Shown one piece after another: positions 13,466 through 25,209 of a stretch of DNA of 64,000 nt. A program made the position numbers and the translations under genes. Each line of letters begins with the position of its first letter. The first letter of the stretch is position 1. The notes beneath the pieces are model-generated. The model ran no database searches. It saw only the letters and a program-made list of their open reading frames with translations, and was not told the DNA's origin. This stretch comes from Eledone cirrhosa (lineage: Eukaryota), in the NCBI GenBank assembly GCA_964016885.1, contig OZ024747.1:42408001-42472000 (forward strand), in the 5' to 3' direction.

Positions 13466-13699
13466 GTAAGTTTTCACCTATCTCTCTCATCATGTGTTCT
13501 GTCATTGTCTATTGGTACCCTTGTATCCAGTGTCTCCGTCATCATATATCACTATTGTCTCCTGTCTATGCTTATGTGTTTGTCATCATGCATCATTATC
13601 CTGTGCCACTGTCATTATATATCTTTCAGGACTTAATGATTGCCGAGCAAACTTCTTACCATAGGACCATGCTGCATCCACAAATTAAATCTTTATCAA

Positions 13700-13940
13700 G
13701 TTTAAAGCAATCCCCCATCATAAAATCTAGAGCTATCTCCCATCTTAAAATCTAAAGCTATCTCCCATCTTAAAATTTTAGGATATCCCCATTTTAAAAT
13801 CTAAAGCTATCTCTGTCTTTAAATTTAAAGCAATCCATCTTTAAATCTAAAGCGATCGCTGTCTTAAAATCTAAAGCGATTCCTGTCTTTAAGTCTAAAA
13901 TGACACTCCTTCTTCAAGTCTCAAGTGACACTCCTGCTTC
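13700..13940. repeat. Degenerate ~22-24-bp tandem repeat
   Basis: Repeated AAATCTAAAGCTATCTCCCATCTT-like units. Confidence 0.75.
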
Positions 13941-15033
13941 AAAAATCTCTAAATACTCATTAGTTTTATTCTTTTTTAACAGAAAAGATCACTTATACAT
14001 TGGATTAAATAAATATACAGATTTTAGGTTAGTGTTATTTTGTTGATTTTTTTTTTTTTTTTTTGTCGAATGATTAGTACGAAATCTATTTTCATAGAAC
14101 TAAGTGTCAATAAGTTGAAAAGAATTGTTATATTTCAATTCCTTCTTCCATAAAGTGCATGCAAAAATTTTAAATTTCAGCAAAAATCAAACATGAAAAA
14201 GACAGAAGAAGAAATTTAATGTCAAAAGGACTAACTACTGGTTTTGTTATTCAAAAAGGTAAATGAAATCAGCTATGCTCACTCCAACACCTGCTTTTTT
14301 GTGTGTTTATCTTTCAACATGGATTTGTTACTGCAACTTTTTGTTAAATCTTAAAACATAAAATAGCGTACATCGTTATATCACGTGGATGCAGATGGTT
14401 TATATTTAGATTTTAAAATGGTTGGTGATAAGATGGGCATCCAACTGTACAAAACTTGTGACAAAAAGATGACAACCTCCCTAGTGTTGGTGATCTATAA
14501 GATTAAATGCACCTTGCACACTCTGCAAGGTGGTTGATGATAGGAAGGGCATCCAGCCATAGAAAACTTGCCAAACAAAGGGTCAAGAGATCTCTTTAGT
14601 TGTGTTAAAAACATGACATCTTTACTGGGGTTAGTGTCACAATAAAATGCACCTGGTGCAATTGGTAGAGTGCAGGAACATACATAAAGATGTGCCCCAC
14701 CCCAGTCCCTCTAAGAGATTAGTAACACCAATTACGTACTGGCGTGGCTAGTGACGACCTGTTCAACCTTTGCTAGGAGGGAAAACTGATGTTTAATGAT
14801 GACATATTAATAAGATATGCAGAAAATTGGAAATGAAACATTGCAAGAATAACATTTGTCAGTAAATATAATGTAAAAGTTACCGCCCTTTACGTTCTGA
14901 GTTCAAATCCCACCAAGGTTAGCTTTACCTTTCATTTTTATGGGGTCAATAAAATAAAGCACCAGTAATGCACTGGTGTAGAATTAATTGACTTTCCCCT
15001 CCCTCCAAATTGCTGACCTTGTGCCTATAGTAG

Positions 15034-15069
<36 letters not shown>

Positions 15070-15939
15070 GGGAGTATCAGTATATATATCGGTCAGTGTC
15101 TGTGTATGTCATTGTATTTATGTGTGTCAGTGTATGTCATTATGTGTGTTAATGTCTGTATGTGTGCTTCAGTGTCTTTCTCTATCACTTTCCTTTACTT
15201 CAACTTTTTTACCCCAGTGGTTAGGTAGTCCGGATTTTCTTCTCATGGATTATTTTGGGATGTATCTGAATACCTGTGCCAATTTTGGGGAAAATTCCTC
15301 TAGAACTGGTAATATTGTTTCAAGACAAACAAACTGTTACATTTATATATAAATCAAGGGATCCGTGCTATCGATAATGATGGCAAAAGCATTGAACATA
15401 TTTCATTTTTGAATGTTATATATATATACCAGGATTATTGGACATATTAACTGGGAAATTTACATTTTGATAAATTAATGGTTTGCATAAGAGAAACCCT
15501 ATAGTTTATGTTGATTATTGACATGTGGATGTGATTAGACATACAAATGATATTTTAGTAATCTATTTCTAGGATGCAATCACATAAATGTTCAGCATGT
15601 ATGTACAAATGATATACAGGATTAAATGTATGAGTAACTTAGGAAAAATAACTATTTACAGGGATAAATGTAGGATTAGCACTCAAGACTTTGTTATTGC
15701 AAAGTGAACTTTCATGCATGTGTGTGTGTGAGTGTAAATTGTAAATAGTTAGACAGAAATATATAAATTTACAAACACATGGTATATCATTCTGGTTGAC
15801 TAGTGAACTCATGCCATCAAAGGTGAGTTACAGATATTGAGTTACATAAAGTTATGATCACTGTTGTTAGTCATGATTAAAAAAAACAACCATACTATAC
15901 ACAGATATATAAACAATTGCAAATATTATCAAACATTGA

Positions 15940-16360
15940 CAGTTGCACAGACATCTTCTGATTTAATACTGCAAATTTTCATAATCTGTCAACTAGTAAA
16001 GATTCTGTAGACATTTGAATTAACAATCCCTATAAAACCACATTAGCAAAACATTCTTGGAATGTACAAAATATCACTATGACTGTATCATATTAAACAG
16101 TCATCTAATACTGCAAATTTTTCCGATGAATTTGTCCACTAGTAAAGATATTATAAAGTTCTTAACCTAAAGCTGTCTAAATTATTCTTGTTTAATTTTT
16201 GACATCCTGTACCACATGAAACTACAGTACAAACAGCATATGACTGCATCACATCAAAATTTAAAGTCTTACTGCTAATACTGCAGGTTTTCACAATGAT
16301 GTGTCTAATAGTAAAGAAACTATAAACATTTGAACTAACAAAGCCGTTTTCATATATTTT
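15940..16360. repeat. Three diverged ~140-170-bp tandem units (another copy at ~36570-36670)
   Basis: Recurring TAATACTGCAAATTTTC...ACTAGTAAAGATATT..AACATTTGAA motif. Confidence 0.6.
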
Positions 16361-17315
16361 CTGCTAAATATTTTCACATTATACTGAATAACAATAACCA
16401 GTACGTTGAAGTAGTACAAAATGTAGAATAAAATATGACTGCTGGGAACTATTTTATCAACTGCATCACTACCACCATCATCATCAACACCACCTTCACC
16501 TCAGGCATCATCATCACTATCAATAGATACAAAGCTGTATATTTTTAAATATTTATATTTAACTAATATTATGTTCCAAACACCAACTTAATGTAAAAGT
16601 TAGTTATATTACTAAATCTTTCCAAATGTTTTGAAAATCATTGGTAGTGTTTTACATTAGAAATATGGTAATGAAAGGGTTAAAATATGTATATTTATCT
16701 TTAAAAAAAAAAAAAAAAAAAAGTTTTAATTTTATGCCAGCACCTAGGTTGAGTTATGTTTTGTAAAAGTTAGTTTTATCACTCCTCCCTTCAGTCTGTA
16801 CCGGTGGAGTCATAGAAGTGTTGTAGCGATTAAATGAGTCTCAAGACTGTTTCTGAAGCAATTCTCAGCGTGTGTGTCAATGAGTAAGCGCTTTGACGTC
16901 TAGCAAAGAAGAGTTCCACAACAAAGGGAGATAAGGGGCGAGCCTGTACGAGTCATATTCCTCTAGTGACATTATACCATTTCTTGGGCATTTTAAAAAC
17001 CTGTTAGAGCCCATCTCTACAGGTCTGAACACAGCAGATTTCTTCCAGTGGAGGATAGAAAAGAAGTGAGAAAAAGATATAGAAGGAAGAATTGACCCTA
17101 GTACTAGACTGGTTCTTTTATTTTGTTTTACCTCAAAAGGTGAGAGCTGAAATGAATACAGCAAAGCCTCCTATCTGACGTTCTAATGACTGCCAACTAA
17201 ATCCTTCCACATTCTTGATTATTTTCCAAATCATTAGCAATATGATAACGAAAGGGTTAATATTCTCTTGAATGTTGTACTGTATTTTACTATATTTTGT
17301 TTTCTTTCCTTTCAG

Positions 17316-17422
17316 GTAAAGGTCTGATGAAATTTACTGAAAACCATTCTAGTGAAACAGAGACAAGAACAGATATGGAACCTGCTCAAAGCTTTCTACC
17401 CCCTATCAGTAAAAAGTCGTGA
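17316..17422 (+). CDS. DYRK4: Probable DYRK terminal coding exon
   Basis: Strong polypyrimidine tttcAG acceptor; phase matches previous exon; KGLMKFTENHSSETETRTDMEPAQSFLPPISKKS*; AATAAA at 17432-17437. Confidence 0.7.
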
Positions 17423-18044
17423 CTAGAAGTGAATAAAAGATTGAAATAGTAAATAACAACTAAATATGTGTTTGGACAAATCATTAATTTTCATATACTG
17501 TTAAGTGTGTGCATGTGTTAAGATATAAATTTCTATTGTATGTATTTATGGTTCTGTTAGATGAGCCTATCCCTCTCCAGATCTGAATGCAGCCAATTTC
17601 TTCTAGAGAAGGAAAGTGATAGAAAGAGATATAGAGGAAGAATCGACTGCCAGTACTTGACTGATACTTCAACCTCAAAATGATGAAAGCCAAAGTTGAC
17701 CTCAGAGCTGGAACAATACCACAGTGTTTTATTCTACATTCTAATAGATGCCTACAAATTTCTATTAAAATGACAAAATTAATGGAGAGCCAAGTCAACT
17801 GGTTTGCAGTGCTTAATGTCCATTAATCATTAGTGTTCAAATTTCGTGGAGGAAAAACTTTCCTTTCATTCTTTTCAGAATTAAAGGCAACAGAAAATTA
17901 AATAAACGTTAAAATGAAAACAGAAAAGGAGCTTTACGACTACGACATGAAAAAGTACAATAAGTAGAGGATAGATATGTCTGTGTGAGAGAGAGAGACA
18001 GAGTAAGCATGGAAAAACAGATGTAAAATGATGATATATATAAG

Positions 18045-18365
18045 GAGGCACATGGCTTAGTGGTTAGAGCATTGGCCTTGCAATCGAAAGGTTGTGAGTT
18101 CAATTCTCAGACCGGGTGGTGTGTTGTTTCCTTGAGCAAGACACTTTATTTCACATTGCTCCAGTTTACTCAGCTGTAGAAATGAGATGATAGGGATCCC
18201 AGTCCCTATCATTCCACTGCAAAGTGGTCGTGTAGGTGCCATGACAAAAAAGCACCCAACACTCACTGTAAATGAGGTTGGTGTTAGGAAGAGCATCCAG
18301 CCAGAATCAGTTCCTGTCCCACCCTTGCAAGCAGGGAAAAGCGAACGTAAAAATGAAATGATGAT
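18045..18365 (+). mobile_element. tRNA-derived SINE family B with RTE-derived 3' tail
   Basis: Head GGCACATGGCTTAGTGGTTAGAGC...TTGCAA...GAGTTCAATTC; tail CCTTGCAAGCAGGGAAAAGCG.ACGTAAAATG(ATG)n shared with the RTE LINE 3' end. Confidence 0.88.
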
Positions 18366-18679
18366 ATAAAGTGGTTGACTTAAGAAGCATAGGGAAAGCA
18401 TGAAACTTTGAAATGTGTGCATCCCAACACAAATGATAACAATAGTCAATTATTATAAACGATAGTTGACAAAATCAGACAAATTAGCACTGGAGAGGAA
18501 AAAAGTTGGACAGAAGCGCTTATTTGTAGTGATTGGCTGTAGTTATGGTCATTTGTGTTAGGACGCACATATGAAAGTATGTTTTCAGAGTGTGATATTC
18601 TTAGAGTATACAAACAACTAAAACGTCACAGAATAAATGGAGAATCTCATTAAATAACGTGAGGCAGGGTTGTGGGTGT

Positions 18680-18950
18680 CGGGACCAATGTTACTCATTT
18701 TCAGATGGTTGACAAAATAAATAATAGAGCTACTTCTCCGAATTGAGAGATCACAGCTTCAATACCTCGGGCATGTGGTTAGAATGTCTCATGAAAGAAT
18801 TGCTGGACAGATTTTACAGGCAAAACAAACCAGCAGGAGACCCTGAGCAAGATGGTTGGAGATGGTAGCTTTTGACAGGACCCATGGGGAGGAGTGCTTG
18901 AGGACCCTGCCCCCACACTCTTAGAAATAAATGGGCGAAGAAGAAGAAAA
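18680..18950 (+). mobile_element. Old RTE-like LINE 3' fragment
   Basis: Encodes LRIERSQLQYLGHVVRM-like RT C-terminus, with (GAA)n-type tail. Confidence 0.5.
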
Positions 18951-19009
18951 CAAGTGACATGAAAAGAGTTTATTTACAAAATATACAGAGATAAATTACA
19001 GCTAAACGT

Positions 19010-19137
19010 TCAGTCTTTCCATCGATGTGCACACTCTACATTACAGCATTTGTAAAATGTTGTCATTGGTTCATCAGCTGACCGTGTTTGAATCTGCATG
19101 AAATAGGCTCGTGCGTGCTCACACTTGGGGCAGGTTT
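19010..19137 (-). CDS. POLR3K: POLR3K exon 3
   Basis: [42 protein letters not shown]. Confidence 0.96.
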
Positions 19138-19362
19138 CTAACAGATAAATAAAAAACAAATGAAATGTCATGAAACCTGGGAAGGTGGTTGAGTCTTTTG
19201 ACTATTTACATTGAAATATGTCATAAAACCAGGGAGAGAATATTGTGATTGAAATATTAATAAATCTGTAAATAATATATCTGCAAATGGTAGAGAATGT
19301 TAGTGAAAAGTGGTGGCTGCCTTTTCAAGGTCATAAGCAATGGGGAAATTAAATAATATATA

Positions 19363-19800
19363 CTAGACCAGCCGTGACCTCTTGGGTCACGTTCACTTCA
19401 AAATACTTTTAAAAAATCATGTTCACTTAAAAATATACAAACATGTATATAATGTGAAATGAAACTGGAAGGACCATATATATATGTGTGTGTATACATA
19501 TATATATGTGGGTGTCTGATCTATATACACTGGTCATAGACACACACATATATATATACAGCCAGCTCTCTCTCTCTCTCTTTTATTCTCCTCTCTATGT
19601 CTCTTTCAATCTACTCTTTCACAACCACTTTCTCTTTCTCTCTATGTTTATGAAGATACCCAGAAAAACCCCATATCTTGGGAACCCGTAGTCTAATTTA
19701 TGTGAAAATTGTTTTATTCCATTTGTATCCCCATTTCAGGGTCAACTTCCATTATGCATCCTTTTGGCTGTATTACATTACAGACTTTTAGTATTATATA
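19363..19800 (-). mobile_element. Non-autonomous Helitron-like element
   Basis: On minus strand: 3' hairpin GTGACCCAAGAGGTCAC then ...GGTCTAG|T; 5' end TATATAATACTAAAAG-like; 5' boundary approximate. Confidence 0.55.
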
Positions 19801-20447
19801 TATATATCACCATCATCATTTAACGTTTATTTTCCCTGCTTACAAGGGTTGGATAGGTTGTGAACAGACCAAGTCAGTACTTAAACAGAAGCTACTGACC
19901 TTTCAGATTGACCAGGGGTCTGCATCTCACATGCATTCCTGCACTCTACTGAGTGGTCAGATAGGTTGGTGACTTGCATCTTGCTCACATACTAAGCAAG
20001 TGCATTTTATCATGGCACCAACATTAGAGAGGTTGCCATATCTTTGACCCAGATAAACAGTCCACACACACACACACTCTCTCTCTCTCCCAACATATAT
20101 ATATGATAATTTCCAAAAAAGCCTGCATGAACAAGACTTTAGAATATGAATTCAAAACAGGGGGGTGAACAGTCATATATATAAACACATATACACACTG
20201 ATGTATGACAAGCTTCCACACAGTTTGTCTACCAAGCTACACTGATAACACATCTATCAGCCTATATAGAAACCCAAAGAGCCACATAGTGGGATCAAAT
20301 TTCTTAACCACACATCTATGCTTACACCACTGTGTCTCTATGATCTGAGAAAGGAACACAGATGTATAGTAAATGTATTTCAAATATCATAAATTTAGAA
20401 AGACTCTAAGAATGTGTAAAAATTAAAATAGTTAAAAGTGAAACTAC

Positions 20448-20535
20448 CTTCAGTAGAGTCAACATTTTCCCAAGCTGAGGCTCCACCTAGTACATCATCC
20501 ACTTCTTTCAGCTTTGGATATTTACGATATTTAAC
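20448..20535 (-). CDS. POLR3K: POLR3K exon 2
   Basis: tttAG/GTAG; VKYRKYPKLKEVDDVLGGASAWENVDSTE. Confidence 0.95.
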
Positions 20536-20830
20536 CTAAATAAACATTTGAAAATAATCTATATCAGAACAAATATAAATTATTGTAAAAATGATAAGAC
20601 ATTTCAGTAGTTAGTAGAAATATTCCTTCTTAGTCTCTAGCTGATTGGTTTTACATTATACTTGAGCTGTTAGCTGTAAGGTCATCTAACTCTTGATAAT
20701 AACCTAACTGAAACCATATTTGGTTCTATGATACAAAGTTGTATATTTTTAAATGTTTATATTTATCTAAAATCTTTCTATCATAACTGATTCACCAGTT
20801 TAATAATCACTAGGGCAATTTTTGGCTTAA

Positions 20831-21039
20831 CCCTTTAGCATTTACATTACTCTATATTTACTATTATATTTTTGTGGTAAAGGCTTTATTTCATATAATA
20901 TCGAATCTATGAGATTTTGATATTATTTATTTTGAGAACAATACCTTAATATCAGTATGGAGTGGCCAGTTGCAGCCAGTTTGAACAGAAAGAGGTGAGA
21001 TAATTCTGGCCGGACATGGCTGGTTGAATTGTTAAAGGG
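20831..21039. mobile_element. piggyBac-like MITE (partial second copy at ~44817-44990)
   Basis: TTAA|CCCTTTAGCA ... TGTTAAAGGG|TTAA: CCC/GGG termini with TTAA TSD. Confidence 0.8.
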
Positions 21040-21461
21040 TTAAAAGTCTATGAAAATTAATTTTGGTAAAAAGTAGCTAATTAAAAATTTTCTTTAGGTA
21101 TAAAAAGTCAAATTTATTTTAAAGTCAAAATAAGGCCTAAAAAGTTTTAAATATAAAATATTGATTAACATTTTATTTAAAACATTGATAATTGTCAAAA
21201 CTTTTGTCTTAGAGAAAGAAAACAAATTAAAAACAAACAATTAACAAAAGGAGTTGGCCAAACAATTCCCAAAGAAATTAGAAATCAAAAGAAATGATAC
21301 TGGTGAAAACCAGAATTAGTGGTGATAGAGTATAACTAAATTTATATACATGTACATGTATACATAGACACACACTCATGAGTACTGTTGCCAGTTCAGA
21401 TCCCCAGAGGATTTTGGCTGGCATTGGGCATCATCTACAAGCAATAAAACCAGAAGCATGG

Positions 21462-21502
<41 letters not shown>

Positions 21503-21503
<1 letters not shown>

Positions 21504-24500
21504 TAGCTGGCCCGTCCAGCTAGCGCCCGGTTAGGTATACCGGCATTTTATCTTTTCAGGATTCCCCCCTCCACTCCAGTACAAAGATACTGCACGCCCT
21601 CTGAAGTCAGCGAGGGTGGGTGGGGGTTAACGTGCTCTGATGTTGGGTTTGAATAGTTTTTAGGATTCCCCAGTTCAGCAGCCAGTACGTTAAAGAAAAT
21701 TGATAGTTACAACAATAAAGGCTAAACAGAGAACAAATTTTTTAAACTTTACAAAATTTGTACAACCATAATGGAAATTCCAAGTAACAGAAAATACATA
21801 AATTACATTGTTAGAGCCTCAGAGTATACAATATTTTTTGTTAGGCCCTCGGGAGCAAAGATGAAGAGATTGTTTGGCGAGCTCACCCTAGAGCATCCTA
21901 CATACAATTGACCATGGGAGAAGCATGGTTTTCCCAGATGAAGGCCAGCCACTTTTAGGGTTTGACCCTGAGCTTTGTTGATGGTAATCGTGAAGCTTAG
22001 TCTCTCTGTTACTCTAGTAACATTTTTTCTTCTGGAAAATCAAATCTTGCGGCCAGGCTGGGACTTTTTCGGTGGCATATCGGCAGTAACAATGACGATA
22101 AGCCATCTGAGCTTTCGTGAAATAAATACATTTGTTTATATTTTGTTTTTGTGTATGCAAAAATATCTGTACACAAATTTTTCTCAAAGTACGTGGACGA
22201 TATCCTCATCCTCACATCTTCCCAAGACACGGCGAACAGAATCTATGAGACGTTCAACAACACGGACGAGAACATTGACTTCAGTGTTGAACACCCCAAC
22301 GAAGACGGGTCACTTGCCCTCCTCGACTTCCGAATCAACATCACGGAACAGGGAAGGATCCACTGCAACTTCTACCGAAAGGCAGCCTGCAGGGACCTGT
22401 TCGTCCACTACAAGTCCGCCCTCCCTAACAGTGCCAAAAGAGGATACATCACGAACGAGATTGCACGAATCAAAAACAGATGCAGCGATCCTGCGAGTGG
22501 TGTCACTCATACCAAGCGATTCCTCGAGGTGCTGGAGACGAACGGGTACCCTACCTAACTCACAGACAGAGTAGGAGACACCAGACACAAGAGACAGAGG
22601 CACCCAAGGCAAGTGCTTCCTTAAAATGCCACACCTGGGCGAGAATACCACCAACGCTATCCGCAAGGCTATACGGAGGGAGGGCCTCGACATCCACCTG
22701 GCCCACTCGGGCCCCTCCCTGCGAAGATGCCTCTCCAGGAAACCCGGGAAATCAATTGACACGTGCTCCCTCAGAGACTGCCCGACACGCCATGCGAACT
22801 GTTGCCTACGCACATACGTCGTGTATAAGATAGAATGCAACAAGTGCAACCAATACTATATAGGTAGCACAATCCGACCTTTGTACATCCGGATCAATGA
22901 ATACACTAAAACCAGGGCCTCGTCTTTCCGGAAACACATAGACAAATGCGGAAACAAAGATGGAAGGCCCATTGTCACAATTCTAGCGACCGAAAGAAAC
23001 ATCGGCACGTTACGTATCAAGGAACCACTTTTTATCAAACGTCTAGAGCCGCAAATAAACAATCGATCCGAGAGAAGCGAAATGAGGTGGCTGGTTTAAG
23101 TTAACAAACGATGCAGCAACACACGCACACACACAAGCGAGACAACAACACACGCACACACAGTAACATTCCACCATACGAACATACTACACTGCCAATA
23201 CAGAGGAACAAGGCAACAACACACGCACACACACACACTCAAGCGAGACAACAACACACGCACACACACACAGTCACATTTAACAAACAGGCAGAGAATG
23301 GACTGACAGCTAGCGCCACCCCACTCCCACAATTGAAAGAACTACTTCGGCCGCTGACCTCTGGCCGACCGACCCCATTTCATGCGTGCTCTGCTGAATA
23401 CCTCAGATATTCAAAACAACGAACAGCGGAGAACGTGTTTCGCACTTTTCCGACAGACAACCTTTCCTCCACCCCGGAAAAAAACCCCAGTTGATGGATG
23501 TGAATCCAAAATATATAGGGACAATTAAATCTCTCCCAAGGTAACTCTTTCTCGTGTTGTCATTTTTATTTTCCTTTATGCTCTTTCCCTCATTCCTCTA
23601 CACGTCTTATACACGCCACGCATCTCAACGTACACCCACTTACATCTCTCTCTCCACCACCGGATCTTGTTACCCGGAGATTTACCCATTTGCATTGTCG
23701 AGGCTTCCAAACGACTTAAAGAAATTTACCTTATCATTCCACAATGCTTCAAGCAAACTTCAATACTCTCTTAAAGAATATATAATTATATATATATATA
23801 TATTAAAATAACAGATTAAAGTTTAAGCAAAGAATCGCTGCTTTCACCCTTAATGGGATCTTCTGAAACTAAAAAAAAAAATCAATCTGTGAACGCAGAA
23901 GTAAATACTTCGAAAAACGTTGCAACTGAAGGAAGACAGGAAGGTACTTTGGTTCGTGAAGACGTTCCCTGGCAATGAACGGAAAAAAGCTAAGATAATA
24001 CATCAGCAATGAGAACAATATTTGCTCTAGGGTTCTTATATATTTCATATATATTTATCCTTATCGAGCCCTCTTTGGATTTTAATCTTCACATTTATTA
24101 TTATTACTAATTATATATATATATATATATAATTAATTATTGAGAGGGCGTGCGGTATCTTTGCACTGAATTAATTAAAAGTTGGTTAGAAGCAAAGTCA
24201 ATGCAAACAGGCAGCCAGACAGACAGATATTATATGTGTGCAATGTTATACCTATGTATCTAATGCAGACAGCCAGACATACAGAGACATATTATAAGGG
24301 CGCGACGTTACAGCTATGTATCTATCTAAAAAGACAGACTAAGAAAGAGAGGGGAATGTCGTATAACTGGAAGTGTTGACATTTGAAAATTTTAAAGAAG
24401 TGAATATTTAAATAAACGATAAAATATCTTTAATCTTTTAACGAAATTTAGAAGACAAAAGTACCCTCACTTTCTTACTTGGAAAAGGTTACATCTATGG

Positions 24501-24570
24501 TGCAAATTTGGTCCAGCTGTTTGGCAAAAAGTTTGTTACATACATACGGCCGTCAGCTTTATAATATAGA
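21503..24570 (-). mobile_element. Non-autonomous Helitron containing a Penelope fragment
   Basis: Minus strand A|TCTATATTATAAAG 5' end and imperfect GC hairpin + CTAG|T 3' end; internal blocks shared with the Helitron at 39772-41121. Confidence 0.65.
22180..23780 (+). mobile_element. Penelope-like element (RT C-terminus + GIY-YIG endonuclease + pLTR-like tail), 5'-truncated
   Basis: KYVDDILIL, LALLDFRI, YRKA (RT); VVYKIECNKCNQYYIGSTIRPLYIRINE...LRIKEPLFIKRLEPQIN (GIY-YIG); in-frame stop near 22558. Confidence 0.9.
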
Positions 24571-24654
24571 TATATAAAAACAGACACACACACACATATA
24601 TATATCATCATCACCATTTTACGTCCGTTCTTCCACGCTAGCATTATATATATA

Positions 24655-25005
24655 GATAACAAAATACACCCCCGTCCCACTACCCCCACCCCATCCACAC
24701 CACCCCCTAAAATGTGAAATTATGTTGGTACCACAACATCCAATCCGAAACAAATGAGGTTGTGTAGGTGTCACAACAAAAAAACACACAGTCCACGCTG
24801 TAATGTGGCCGTGTAGGTAACACGGTAAAAACCTCCCAGTCCACACTGTAAATGTGGTTGGTGTTAGGAAGGGCATCCAGCTGTAGAAAACCCGCCAGAC
24901 AGTCCTGAGCAAGACAACCAATCTTGCCTCAAGTGGACAATTCCCGTCCAGACCCATGCTAGCGTGGAAAATGGACGTTAAACAATGATGATGATGATGA
25001 TGATA
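24655..25005 (+). mobile_element. RTE LINE 3' UTR fragment
   Basis: Reverse complement of the 9190-9650 UTR; (GAT)n tail. Confidence 0.8.
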
Positions 25006-25209
25006 TATATATATATATACACATACAAATATGCATTGATAAGTGAATAATAATAATTGTTTCTAATTTCAGCACAAGGCCAGCAATTACCCAGTACATT
25101 ACTGGTACTTTATTTTATCGACCTCGTAAGGATGAAAGGCAAAGTTAACCTTGGCGAGATTTGAACTCAGATCGTAAAGTGAATAATAATAATATTATCA
25201 TTATTCACT

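Larger units (their letters stand above)
7203..17422 (+). other. DYRK4: Gene span (3' part, upstream exons outside window): DYRK-family dual-specificity kinase, most like DYRK4
   Basis: Exons 7203-7436, 8803-8932, 13365-13465 and 17316-17422 join in frame; [13 protein letters not shown] activation loop; C-terminal LPPI motif resembles the DYRK4 tail. Confidence 0.8.

Noticed and set aside
13339-13755. 138-aa ORF as a single exon
   Set aside because: Kinase similarity covers only 13365-13465, which is bounded by AG and GTAAG; the rest reads as intron or low-complexity sequence
18045-18120. tRNA gene (TGC anticodon-like)
   Set aside because: No acceptor-stem closure; continues into a multi-copy SINE body
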